Shown: piece by piece, positions 26,224 through 35,448 of the stretch | Numbering within the stretch: position 1 is the stretch's first letter | Layout of the letters: every line of letters starts with the position of its first letter | DNA from: a virus | Lineage: Duplodnaviria; Caudoviricetes | Virus record (IMG/VR): IMGVR_UViG_3300042195_000136 | Coordinates: 1-59,443 of that record | Direction: 5' to 3' (one strand) | DNA: 59,443 nucleotides | Translations under genes and position numbers: made by a program | Notes under the pieces: generated by a model | The model's database searches: none | The model's input: only the letters and a program-made list of their open reading frames with translations | What the model was told of the DNA's origin: nothing

Positions 26224-26999
26224 CCGCTGGTCTCCTCGCTGCTCACCGGGCGCTCTCCGTATACCTCGTCGTGCTTCAGCACCTCCATGTCCAGGGCCGT
26301 GTGCATGACCGCGAAGCCCTTGTTCTCATCCGATGCCTTCCCGGCCTCCTGGTCGAGCTTCTTCGCCTGCATCTCGCTCGCGCGGGACCGGGCGAGAACA
26401 GCGAACTCCGCCGCTTCCTCTGCGGTCACCGAGCGGTCGGCGCGGAGTCGCGGGCGCGATTCCGCAGCCAGCTCCGGCGGCTTGCGGCCGTACCGAAACC
26501 CCACGTTGACGATCAGGTAGTTGAGCCGGAGTTCGTCCGCGTCGGGGTACTCCTGCCGGATCTCCTCGACCCACTTCGGCTGCCGGGCTTCCGCGGTCTC
26601 CGCCAGCTCCTTGATCCGCGCGTACGGCAGGGCGGCCACCTCCGGGAAGATGCCGGTCAAGTCAGGCGGATCGGGGACGACCTGCGCGACCTCTTGGCGC
26701 GGCGCAGTGGCAGCGGCGGGACGGGACTCCTCGGTGGCGGTCGCCTTTGCTCGGCCGACGACGGTGGCCTCCCGCAGGGGCGGCACCCCGGCCTTCTTCG
26801 CGATCCGGGCCACGTGCTGCCGGTCGTACTGGACACGGCGGGCGACTTCGGACGGCCCGAGGGTGCGGGCCATGAGGATGTCCACGATCGCGTCGTGGGT
26901 CTCCTTCTGGACATCGTCCAGCTTGGCCTCCAATCCCTTGCGTTCGGTGCCGAGCCTGTCGAGTAGGGCCTTCGCGTCGTCTTCCTTCTTGGTGGTCAT
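26220..26999 (-). CDS. HTH DNA-binding protein
   Basis: GPSEVARRVQYDRQHVARIAK. Confidence 0.7.
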   Translation of the reverse strand: MTTKKEDDAKALLDRLGTERKGLEAKLDDVQKETHDAIVDILMARTLGPSEVARRVQYDRQHVARIAKKAGVPPLREATVVGRAKATATEESRPAAATAPRQEVAQVVPDPPDLTGIFPEVAALPYARIKELAETAEARQPKWVEEIRQEYPDADELRLNYLIVNVGFRYGRKPPELAAESRPRLRADRSVTAEEAAEFAVLARSRASEMQAKKLDQEAGKASDENKGFAVMHTALDMEVLKHDEVYGERPVSSEETSG

Positions 27000-27144
27000 G
27001 TAGCCGATGATGCCACGCCGAGCGGCAATCCCGGTAGACACGGTTAGTCCGTAACCCATGAAAGCAACCTTGTAGGACCACTTGACTACGCAAGCATGAG
27101 TTGTAACCATAGGAGACATCAGAACGAACAAGGGGGAAGTCCAG

Positions 27145-27528
27145 ATGAACGCCGCCACCCGCACCCGCCGCAACACCCTCCGAGTAGCCGTCCGCACCAC
27201 CAAGGCCCTCGGCTACCGCACCCTCTCCGGCCACATCGCCGCAGCCGTCGAAGCCGGTCGGCTGGTACGGACCGGAGACTTCCTGGAGCGGGTCGGCGGC
27301 GGCGACCTGAAGGACGGCCAGAAGGCATGGTTCGGCCGGCACGTCGCCAAGGCCTACCGCAAGGCCACCGGCACCGAGCCCGTCCGGGTGTGGACGCAGC
27401 ACCGCACCACCGGCAAATGGCTCCACGTATTTGCCTACGGGGTCGTCGACGACGCCCTGTACACCGGGCTCTTCAGCTACAAGGGCACGCAGCACCTGCT
27501 CGCCGCCAACTTCACGGAGGCGGCCTAG
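27145..27528 (+). CDS. Hypothetical protein
   Basis: AAGGGGG RBS; high GC3. Confidence 0.65.
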   Translation: MNAATRTRRNTLRVAVRTTKALGYRTLSGHIAAAVEAGRLVRTGDFLERVGGGDLKDGQKAWFGRHVAKAYRKATGTEPVRVWTQHRTTGKWLHVFAYGVVDDALYTGLFSYKGTQHLLAANFTEAA

Positions 27529-27942
27529 ACCAACTTCACGGCGCAGCAGACGACCCAGACCACCCCCACCCAAACCCGCCAAACCCGCCACGCCCTCACC
27601 GCCCTCACCCACACCACCCCAGGCCGCCGCCGCATCATCCAGGCCGCCGCCGACAACTACCTCTCCCAGATCGACCGCCGCCGCCTCCCCGTCGGCTACA
27701 ACCAGCCGATCCTCAACGACCGCGCCAACCGGGCCGACGCCTACCGCATGCGCCAGGGCGACACCTTCGCCCGCATGCTCGGTATCGCCTGCCACCCCGC
27801 CGACGAGCACCTGCCCGACACCGCCCGCGCCGTCCTCGCCACGATCGATGCCCCCGTGCGCGAGCTCACCGCAGCGGCCTACGCCAGCGGACAGCCGGTC
27901 CTCGTCGCCGTCCTCTGGCTCGCCACCGCACTCGCCGCCTGA
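27529..27942 (+). CDS. Hypothetical protein, start uncertain (open frame begins directly after the TAG at 27526-27528)
   Basis: In frame with upstream ORF; first ATG only at 27748. Confidence 0.4.
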   Translation, partial: TNFTAQQTTQTTPTQTRQTRHALTALTHTTPGRRRIIQAAADNYLSQIDRRRLPVGYNQPILNDRANRADAYRMRQGDTFARMLGIACHPADEHLPDTARAVLATIDAPVRELTAAAYASGQPVLVAVLWLATALAA

Positions 27943-27954
27943 GGAGCCCCGCTC

Positions 27955-28158
27955 GTGCTCACCTACCCGTACACCGAAGGCCAGCCCGTCACCTACCACG
28001 GCTCCGTCACCGAACGACACGGACGCACCTACCGGGCCTGGCTCTGCCCCTGCCGCCGCGCCCACGCCATCGACCAACCCCGCTTCAAACTCACCGACCC
28101 CGACACCGGCCGCACCGCGGCCTGGCACGTCCGACCCACCTCACTCACCCCCACCTGA
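27955..28158 (+). CDS. Hypothetical protein
   Basis: GAGGAG RBS and GTG. Confidence 0.55.
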   Translation: MLTYPYTEGQPVTYHGSVTERHGRTYRAWLCPCRRAHAIDQPRFKLTDPDTGRTAAWHVRPTSLTPT

Positions 28159-28175
28159 ACCCGAAGGAGACCCCC

Positions 28176-28658
28176 ATGGACTTCCACACCATCCTCAACC
28201 AGGTCACCGCCGAACTCACCCCCCAACCCTGGGACTACACCGACACGTCCGGGACAACGCTCACCGTCATCCCCGCCGGCCTCCCCCACGCCGAGCCCGG
28301 CGCCGCCGAGGTGTACCTGCGGGTCACCCGAGACAAGACCCACGCCGCCGAAGCCGCCATCACCACCACCGACCTACCCGCACTCATCACCGCGCTCGCC
28401 GAGCCGATCACCGGACACTGGGAGCACCAGCCGCACTGGCCGGACGGCACCGAGAAGGGCCGCATCGGCACGTGGCTGGGTGACCTGTACGGGCTCGCTC
28501 TCAACCCGATGCAGGACGGGTTTTCCCTGACCGCGTTGGAGGACGACGGGCACGGCGGCATCACGGCGGCGTCGATCACCCTGCCGGAATCCCAGCGCCT
28601 GCCGTTCGCGTCCGCGCTCCGCCGCGCCCTGGACGTCGCCCAAGGCTGGGAGAGCTGA
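28176..28658 (+). CDS. Hypothetical protein
   Basis: AAGGAG RBS and ATG. Confidence 0.65.
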   Translation: MDFHTILNQVTAELTPQPWDYTDTSGTTLTVIPAGLPHAEPGAAEVYLRVTRDKTHAAEAAITTTDLPALITALAEPITGHWEHQPHWPDGTEKGRIGTWLGDLYGLALNPMQDGFSLTALEDDGHGGITAASITLPESQRLPFASALRRALDVAQGWES

Positions 28659-28679
28659 CCGTCTGACCCCGCGCATGAC

Positions 28680-28711
28680 GAAGGCCCGCCCCCACCCGGG
28701 AGCGGGCCTTC
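28680..28711 (+). terminator. Hairpin terminator
   Basis: GAAGGCCCGC-N12-GCGGGCCTTC. Confidence 0.55.
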
Positions 28712-28798
28712 ACCGCGTGCACCACCATCCACCAGTTGCACACCCTCGTTACCATCAAACCACGACCAGCAGTAACCGCACGAGAAAGGGCGGGCGCC

Positions 28799-29311
28799 AT
28801 GGCCAACCCCAACCAACACGCCCGCAGCGGCAAAGGCCAATACATCCGCACCCCCCAAACCGCCAAGCGCGACGCCCAAGCCGCCGAACTCCGCGCCGAA
28901 GGATGGACCTTCGAAGCCATCGCCGCCGAACTCGGCTACGGCGACAAGAGCACCTGCCGCAAAGCCATCCGCCGCGCCCTCCGCGAAATCGTTCAAGGGC
29001 CGGCCGAACAGCTCCTCGCCCTGCACATGGAGCGGCTGGAAACCCTCTACGAGGCCGCCCTCGAAGTCCTCGAAGCGGACCACGTCGTCGTCTCCCACGG
29101 CAAGATCATCACCGGCGAGGACGGCCAGCCACTCAAGGACAACGGGCCCAAACTCGCCGCCATCCGCGAAGCAAGGGCCAGCCTCGAAAGCTTCCGGAAA
29201 CTCACCGGCCTCGACGCACCCTCCCGCGTGAGCGTCGACGCCCAGCAGCTCGGCGACGAGATCATCAGCCTCCTCGACCGCGCCGTCGGCAATGACAGCA
29301 CCGACGGATGA
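28799..29311 (+). CDS. terS: Terminase small subunit
   Basis: HTH (WTFEAIAAELGY), KLTGLDAP; directly upstream of large subunit. Confidence 0.75.
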   Translation: MANPNQHARSGKGQYIRTPQTAKRDAQAAELRAEGWTFEAIAAELGYGDKSTCRKAIRRALREIVQGPAEQLLALHMERLETLYEAALEVLEADHVVVSHGKIITGEDGQPLKDNGPKLAAIREARASLESFRKLTGLDAPSRVSVDAQQLGDEIISLLDRAVGNDSTDG

Positions 29312-30815
29312 CGTCGCGCGGGTCCGTGCCCAAGTCGGCCGGCTCGTACGCGCAGGCGACACCCGCCAACTGAAGGAGCTGCGGGACCAACTACAGGGCG
29401 CCGTCGACGAGCGCGAGTTCGCCAGCCGCGCCACCGCGTACGGCACACAGCCCGCCCGCTGGGCGTCGGAGAGACTGGGCGTGCACCTGTGGTCGAAGCA
29501 GGTGCAGATCGCCGAGTCGGTACGCGACCACCGGCAGACGGCCGTTCAGAGCTGTCATGGGGTCGGGAAATCGTTTCTGGCTGCGCAGTTGGTGGCGTGG
29601 TGGCTGGACATTCATCCGCCGGGTGAGGCGCGGGTGGTGACGACGGCCCCGACCGGGGATCAGGTGAAGGCGATCCTGTGGTCTGAGATCAACGGAGCCT
29701 TCACGAAGGCCGAGGCGCGGGGCCGTCCGTTTCTGGGGCGGATCAATGAGACGGACTGGAAGCTGGGGAAGCGACTGATCGCATTCGGCCGCAAACCGTC
29801 CGACTACAACCCGCACGCTTTCCAGGGCATCCACGCGAAGTACGTGCTCGTCATCCTCGACGAAGCATGCGGCGTGAACAAGCAGTTCTGGACCGCGGCA
29901 CGCGCCATCGCCACCGGCGAGCACTGCCGCGTTCTCGCTATCGGCAACCCGGACGACCCGGGCACGGAGTTCGCTCGCGTCTGCGGGAGTGGACGCTGGA
30001 ACACCATCAAGATCTCCGCATTCGACACCCCCAACTTCACGGGCGAGGAAGTCCCGGACGAGCTGCGGGAGATGCTCGTCAGCCACGCGTACGCGGAGGA
30101 GATGCGCCTGGAGTACGGCGAGGAGTCGCCCACCTACATCTCCAAGGTCCGCGGCGATTTCCCGTCGGACGCGGAGGACGGGGTGGTGCGCCTGTCGAAA
30201 GTCCGCGCCTGCTGCCGGCCGCGCGACATCCCGTGGCCGCCGGACCAGCTCACGCCGGTGGAGCTCGGGATCGATATGGGCGCCGGCGGTGACGAGACGG
30301 TGATCCGCGAGCGGCGTGGTGTGGTGGTGGGCCGGGAGTGGCGGTTCCGTGAGCGGGACCCGGTGAGGTCTGTGGCCCGGATCGTGGAGGCGATCAACCA
30401 GTCTCAGGCCGCGATCGTGAAGGTGGATGCGATCGGGATTGGGTGGGGCGTGGTCGGTTCGCTGCGGGAGAAGCGGTCGCAGGGCTTGCATCGGGCGCAG
30501 GTGGTGGGGGTGAACGTGTCGGAGGCGTCGTCGAATCCGGCCCGGTTCAAGAATCTGCGGTCGCAGTTGTGGTGGGAGGTGGGCCGGCAGTTGTCGGAGG
30601 ATCTGGCGTGGGACATGTCGGGGCTGGAGGAGAAGGATCGGGAGCGGTTGGTGTCGCAGTTGACGGCGCCGAAGTACACGACGGACAGCGCGGGGCGGAC
30701 GGTGGTGGAGCCGAAGGATGAGACGAAGAAGCGGATCGGCCGTAGCCCCGATAACGCGGATGCCCTACTTTTGGCATATTTTTCCGTTGGTCGGGCGCGG
30801 GTGAGGTGGATGTGA
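29292..30815 (+). CDS. terL: Terminase large subunit
   Basis: SCHGVGKS, TAPT, ILDEA, IGNP, GIDMG, SPDNADA. Confidence 0.93.
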   Translation: MTAPTDDVARVRAQVGRLVRAGDTRQLKELRDQLQGAVDEREFASRATAYGTQPARWASERLGVHLWSKQVQIAESVRDHRQTAVQSCHGVGKSFLAAQLVAWWLDIHPPGEARVVTTAPTGDQVKAILWSEINGAFTKAEARGRPFLGRINETDWKLGKRLIAFGRKPSDYNPHAFQGIHAKYVLVILDEACGVNKQFWTAARAIATGEHCRVLAIGNPDDPGTEFARVCGSGRWNTIKISAFDTPNFTGEEVPDELREMLVSHAYAEEMRLEYGEESPTYISKVRGDFPSDAEDGVVRLSKVRACCRPRDIPWPPDQLTPVELGIDMGAGGDETVIRERRGVVVGREWRFRERDPVRSVARIVEAINQSQAAIVKVDAIGIGWGVVGSLREKRSQGLHRAQVVGVNVSEASSNPARFKNLRSQLWWEVGRQLSEDLAWDMSGLEEKDRERLVSQLTAPKYTTDSAGRTVVEPKDETKKRIGRSPDNADALLLAYFSVGRARVRWM

Positions 30816-30883
30816 TGACGAGATGGCCACGGTCCCGAGCCAACAGGGACAATGCTGACAGCCCCACCACTAGGAGGTAAGCG

Positions 30884-31060
30884 ATGGCCAGCCTCATCGC
30901 CAAACTGAACGCGGCCCGCACCGCGGTCCTCACCGTCGCCGGGTTCTCCAGCCTCACCGCGTCCGCCTGGACTGTGTGGGGCACCGGGGCCGGGCTCGCC
31001 GGCGCGGGTGCGTCGCTGCTGCTGCTGGAGTTTCTGTCCGGCGAGGAGGCCAAGCGATGA
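30884..31060 (+). CDS. Small membrane protein upstream of portal
   Basis: AGGAGG RBS; 58 aa hydrophobic; ATGA overlap with portal. Confidence 0.6.
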   Translation: MASLIAKLNAARTAVLTVAGFSSLTASAWTVWGTGAGLAGAGASLLLLEFLSGEEAKR

Positions 31061-33102
31061 GGTCACCACTAGGTTCGCTGCTGCGCAATAAGACGCCGGT
31101 GCCGTTTGTGTCCGCTGCCCGGGCCCTGTCGCTGCCGTGGGTGCAGCCGATGGGGCAGGAGGCGCAGATGCGCGCCATGGGCTCTGTCGGGACGCTGTTC
31201 TCCATCGTCAACCGCACGTCGAATGCGACGGCGCAGGTGAACTGGAGGCTCTACCGCAAGGCCGCGTCGGGGTTGAAGGAGGACCGTGTCGAGGTCACCC
31301 GGCATGCGGCGCTCGACGTGTGGAACCATCCGAACCCGTTCATGACCCGTCAGGAACTGGTCGAGGTCGGGCAGCAGCACATCGACCTGACGGGCGAGGG
31401 CTGGCTGACGGTCGCCTACAATCCGCGGTCCCCGATGCCGATGGAGCTTTGGCCGGTACGCCCGGACCGTATGGCGCCGGTGCCGCACCCGACGGATTTC
31501 ATCGGCAGGTACGAGTACACGGGCCCGTCGGGCGAGAAGATCCCCCTCAAGCTCAACGAGGTCATCTTCATGCGCACCCCCAACCCGCTGGACCCGTACC
31601 GGGGCATGGGCGCGGTGCAGACGATCCTGATCAGCCTCGACTCGGCGCAGGCCGCCGAGGAGTGGAACCGTAACTTCTTCCGCAACAGCGCGGAGCCCGG
31701 CGGGATCATCGAAGTCCCCAACGGCCTGCAGGACGACGAGTTTGATGAGATGACGGCCCGCTGGCAGGAGCAGCATCAGGGCGTGTCCAACGCGCACCGC
31801 ATCGCCGTGCTGGAGCACGGCGCGAAGTGGGTTGAGCGCAGCTTCACGATGCGCGACATGCAGTTCGTGGAGCTGGGTAAAGCCAGCGACGAAAAGATCA
31901 TGCGGGCGTTCGGTGTCCCCGCGTTCGTCCTCGGCGAGGTCGGCGACGTCAACCGCGCCACCGCCGAAGCGAGCAAGGTTCTCTTCGCCGAGCTGCTGAC
32001 CGTACCGCGCCTGGAACGCTGGAAGCAGGCACTCAACGGTGACCTGCTGCCCCTCTACGGCCAGGCCACCGCAGACAGCCTGGAGTTCGACTACGACGAC
32101 CCAGTCCCCCCGGACGCCGCGGCCCGCAACGCTGAACTCATAGCGAAGACCACGGCGTACAAGACACTCATCGAAGCCGGCGCTGATCCGCGAATGGCGG
32201 CGGAGTATCTGGGGTTGCCGGATCTGGGCTCCCTGCCACCCGCGCCAGCCGCGCCTGTTGTGCCTGCTGCGGTGTCTCGTCTGGACATTCACCACCACGC
32301 GCCGCAGGTGACCGCACGCACTGCCACCCGCCGGCCGCTGGCACTCCCCCCTGCCGTCGCCGCGGCCGGAGACGAGGAAGCGGACGCGGAGGAAGTCCGC
32401 GAGCCCCTCGAAGACGCACTCGAAGTACTCCTGGAGCGGTGGGAGGACATCGCCGACGCCCAATACGAGGAACTCGCCGCCCAGATCAAGAAGGCCGTCG
32501 ACAAGAAAGACCCGGCCGCGCTGGCCGACCTGACGGTCAGCACCGAGGACGCGGCGGATGTGCTGCGCGCCGCGCTGGCGCAGATGGCCGAGGTGGGCGC
32601 CAAGCAGGTGGTGGCGGAGGCCGCCGAGCAGGGCGTGAAGGTGCGTAAGCCGCAGTTGTCGAAGAGGCTGCGGAACGCGTTCGGGTCGGAGCTGGTGGAG
32701 ATAGCGCAGGCCACTGCGACACTGCTGGGTTCGGATGCTGCGGGGTCGGCGGGGCGTGAGGCGATGCGGTTGATGGTGCCGGGCGCGGACGGTGAGGGTG
32801 TCGCGGGGCGGGTTGTCGGATTTTTGAAGGGGTTGAAGAACTGGTTCCGCCGGGATCAGTTGGGTGGGGCGTTGCATCGGGCGCAGAACGCGGGTCGTGT
32901 GGCGACGCTGGAGGCCGCACCGAAGGCCGTGTATGTCTCTGACGAGAGGCGAGATCGTAATACCTGCTCGCCGTGCCGTGAGATTGACGGCACAGAGTTC
33001 GAGGACCTGGCCGCGGCGAACGCGGCATATGCGACGGGCGGCTATCAGCTGTGTGAGGGCGGTGTGCGCTGCCGGGGCACGGTTGTGGCCCGTTGGGAGT
33101 AG
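31057..33102 (+). CDS. HK97-family portal fused to a C-terminal MuF-like domain
   Basis: PNPFMT, ELWPVRPDRM, FFRNSAEPGG, DMQFVE, AFGVP; C-terminal DRNTCSPC..DG...C....CRG. Confidence 0.88.
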   Translation: MRSPLGSLLRNKTPVPFVSAARALSLPWVQPMGQEAQMRAMGSVGTLFSIVNRTSNATAQVNWRLYRKAASGLKEDRVEVTRHAALDVWNHPNPFMTRQELVEVGQQHIDLTGEGWLTVAYNPRSPMPMELWPVRPDRMAPVPHPTDFIGRYEYTGPSGEKIPLKLNEVIFMRTPNPLDPYRGMGAVQTILISLDSAQAAEEWNRNFFRNSAEPGGIIEVPNGLQDDEFDEMTARWQEQHQGVSNAHRIAVLEHGAKWVERSFTMRDMQFVELGKASDEKIMRAFGVPAFVLGEVGDVNRATAEASKVLFAELLTVPRLERWKQALNGDLLPLYGQATADSLEFDYDDPVPPDAAARNAELIAKTTAYKTLIEAGADPRMAAEYLGLPDLGSLPPAPAAPVVPAAVSRLDIHHHAPQVTARTATRRPLALPPAVAAAGDEEADAEEVREPLEDALEVLLERWEDIADAQYEELAAQIKKAVDKKDPAALADLTVSTEDAADVLRAALAQMAEVGAKQVVAEAAEQGVKVRKPQLSKRLRNAFGSELVEIAQATATLLGSDAAGSAGREAMRLMVPGADGEGVAGRVVGFLKGLKNWFRRDQLGGALHRAQNAGRVATLEAAPKAVYVSDERRDRNTCSPCREIDGTEFEDLAAANAAYATGGYQLCEGGVRCRGTVVARWE

Positions 33103-33105
33103 AAC

Positions 33106-33137
33106 GGCCGCCCGGGGTGGGGGCTGCCCGGGCGGTC
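33106..33137. terminator. Hairpin between portal and inverted cassette
   Basis: GGCCGCCCGGG...CCCGGGCGGTC. Confidence 0.5.
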
Positions 33138-33153
33138 TGCTAGGTCGGGCGGG

Positions 33154-33498
33154 TCAGTTGGTGGTCATGTCGAGGTCGTTGAGGGTCCAGTTGCCGTCGC
33201 CCTTTGTGCTGATGGTGCACACGTAGTCGTTGCGGACCTTCGCGCCGAATCCGTTCTGGCTGTCCACGTAGGCGTTGACCTTGTATTTCCAGGGCTTGCT
33301 GTCGCTGACGGTGGTGGTGTCGGTGTTGCTGGGGAAGTCGGCGCTGCTGGGGGACTTGAGGCGCTTCTTGACGAACTCTTGGCACATGGCGGCTGCCATT
33401 TGGTCGCTGGTGTCGGGTTCAGGGTCGCCGCAGGCGGTGGCGGTGAGCAGCAGGACGGCGGACACTGCTGCTGTGGCGGTGGTGGTGTGGGTTCGCAT
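33154..33498 (-). CDS. Lipoprotein
   Basis: Signal peptide ending ATAC; CQEFVKKRLKSPSSADF, VDSQNGFGA. Confidence 0.75.
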   Translation of the reverse strand: MRTHTTTATAAVSAVLLLTATACGDPEPDTSDQMAAAMCQEFVKKRLKSPSSADFPSNTDTTTVSDSKPWKYKVNAYVDSQNGFGAKVRNDYVCTISTKGDGNWTLNDLDMTTN

Positions 33499-33597
33499 GT
33501 TGTGCAGGGTGTCGGTGCCGGTGGTGGTTACCGGCGTGTAAGGCGCGACTGTTACACGCCTACGACCCTGCTGTTACGTCCTGCCACGACCACGCGC

Positions 33598-33936
33598 TCA
33601 CAGCGTGATCTCCGGGAGTCGCACCAGCATGTACCGGCCGTCCGGCGTCTGCCCGTCACGCACGTACGTGCCGAACGCCCGGCAGTAGATCAGCGCCTTC
33701 CCGGCAGGTACTTCCTCGGAGGCGCACACCTCGTAGCCGAGGACCCGGCCGCCGATGAGTACGGTGGCTCCGTGGTCGCTGGGGTTGAGCCAGAGTTCGT
33801 CGTCGGACCGCATGGGTGGCCAGTGCTTCCGCGTCCAGATGATGACGTCGTAGATGGCTTGGCCGAGCGGGCCTTCCATGACTTCGGCGGCCCGGTGTTG
33901 GCGGATCTGCTCGGGCGTCATCCACTCGCCGCTCAC
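33598..33936 (-). CDS. Hypothetical protein
   Basis: Coupled overlap. Confidence 0.55.
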   Translation of the reverse strand: MSGEWMTPEQIRQHRAAEVMEGPLGQAIYDVIIWTRKHWPPMRSDDELWLNPSDHGATVLIGGRVLGYEVCASEEVPAGKALIYCRAFGTYVRDGQTPDGRYMLVRLPEITL

Positions 33937-34682
33937 GTCGTCTCCTCGGTCAAGCCCATGTCCTGCTTCGCGATGTGCTGCGCCCGCTGCTCCGAGTACA
34001 CCTTCCGCACCCGCTCAACATCCCAGCCCTCGACCGTGAGCGCGGTCCGGGGAGGGCTGCCGACATCACCGCGCAGCCAGGCGTACTCGAAACGGCCAGG
34101 CTGACCATCGAAGTCCTTCTCGACACACGACTCATAAGGCTCCATCTGCGGCACCCAGAAAATCTTGTGCCACGGGCGCGTCTTCACTGGACCATCGCGA
34201 ACCTCCAGCGCTAGAACATCGGCCCCGATGGAGTAGGCGTGCGCGTCTTCGGCTCGGGTGAAGGCGTAGCGGGGTTCGTGGTCTGCCTCGGCGTCTTGGC
34301 CCGGCAGGGGCACGTAGACGATGCGCGGTTCGGGTTGGCCCAGCGACACCACCCGTGGCGGGACGCCGTCCGTACCCTGGTCTTCCTTGTGTGACCACAC
34401 CGTGATGTGCGTGAAGCCGAGCCCCCTCAGGTGATCCTCCAGCTCTTCAGGGCGCCCGTAGTTCCAGCCGATCCACAGGGCCGCGCTGGATGCGTACTTG
34501 TTGCCGCCCTGGATCAGGTTGATGTCGATGTCTTCGCGTTCGAGGGAGAGCACCGGGATCGGGTTGTCGGGGTGGAGCCCGATGAACGCGTGGACGGCTA
34601 CGGCGACCTTGGGCGCGATCTCCTCGGCGGAGGCGTCGAAGGTGTCGCCGATGATGATGAACAGGTCGGTCACATAGCTCAT
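33933..34682 (-). CDS. Hypothetical protein
   Basis: 249 aa, coupled overlaps. Confidence 0.6.
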   Translation of the reverse strand: MSYVTDLFIIIGDTFDASAEEIAPKVAVAVHAFIGLHPDNPIPVLSLEREDIDINLIQGGNKYASSAALWIGWNYGRPEELEDHLRGLGFTHITVWSHKEDQGTDGVPPRVVSLGQPEPRIVYVPLPGQDAEADHEPRYAFTRAEDAHAYSIGADVLALEVRDGPVKTRPWHKIFWVPQMEPYESCVEKDFDGQPGRFEYAWLRGDVGSPPRTALTVEGWDVERVRKVYSEQRAQHIAKQDMGLTEETT

Positions 34683-34963
34683 GTCATCACCACCGCGTCC
34701 GGTGCGAGCTGCAGCCCCGTCCGGTGCAGGAACTCGTCCAGCCCGATGTCGATCGCGGGCGGCTCATCATCGTCTTCGAACCGGGCCACGGCCCCGTCTG
34801 GCGGCACCGTCCATCCGTTGGGGCCGGGCGCGTCGTAGGCGTCGACTGTGCCGATGCCGTGCCGGTAGCGGAGGTACAGGTATTGGCCGTCGAGGTGTCG
34901 GGCGGCGAGGATGACCATCTCGCTGGGCGGGTCGATGGTGATGCGTTTGCGGGTGTCGCTCAC
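34679..34963 (-). CDS. Hypothetical protein
   Basis: Coupled overlaps; YLYLRYRHGIG. Confidence 0.55.
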   Translation of the reverse strand: MSDTRKRITIDPPSEMVILAARHLDGQYLYLRYRHGIGTVDAYDAPGPNGWTVPPDGAVARFEDDDEPPAIDIGLDEFLHRTGLQLAPDAVVMT

Positions 34964-35241
34964 GCCGTCTCCTCTTCCGGGTCGAGCGCTCCACGGACCT
35001 TGTTCAGCAAGTCCGCATACGCCACCGCATGATCAGTCTTCGGGTCCGCGTCGCCGATCTCCCACCGGTACACGGTCGTTGCCGTCACGCCCAGGACCTG
35101 CGCGAACTCCCGCAACGTGATGCGGGCTTCACGACGGATACGCGCCCGCTCAGCGGGTGGCGGAAGCTTCGCGGCACGAATGCGCCGCGCCAACTGCTCT
35201 GCCGGTGTAGCACCTTCATCGAGTGTCGTGTATGGCTCCAT
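34960..35241 (-). CDS. XRE-family HTH regulator
   Basis: RREARITLREFAQVLGVTATTVYRWEIG..P. Confidence 0.85.
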   Translation of the reverse strand: MEPYTTLDEGATPAEQLARRIRAAKLPPPAERARIRREARITLREFAQVLGVTATTVYRWEIGDADPKTDHAVAYADLLNKVRGALDPEEETA

Positions 35242-35448
35242 ACAGAGGCACGTTACGCGAATGTGGCACAACATGCATTCCTGGGTGTACTAGCCAAGTA
35301 AAAATGCGCAACACAAAAGGGACGCCAGCGTTAGAGAAATGGCAAACCGGCGTTATCGCAGGTCAGAGGCGGCGCAAGCCGCAACGCATAGTGCACAATG
35401 ACCCTGCCTGGACAATGCGAAAACCCGCACCGGGGAGGGCGAAACCCA

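Noticed and set aside
27096-28175. 5' extension making a 520-aa ORF (27096-28658)
   Set aside because: Arg/Pro-rich off-frame read over three other genes; the real RBS and ATG are at 28176
31069-32877. 602-aa minus-strand ORF (likewise 36750-38309, 22101-23600, 38639-40078)
   Set aside because: High-GC antisense shadows of portal, capsid, traB and structural genes
33508-33532. Second PafBC-type promoter (TGTCGG near 33510)
   Set aside because: No TAnnnT at the 10-nt spacing, and wrong orientation for the adjacent gene
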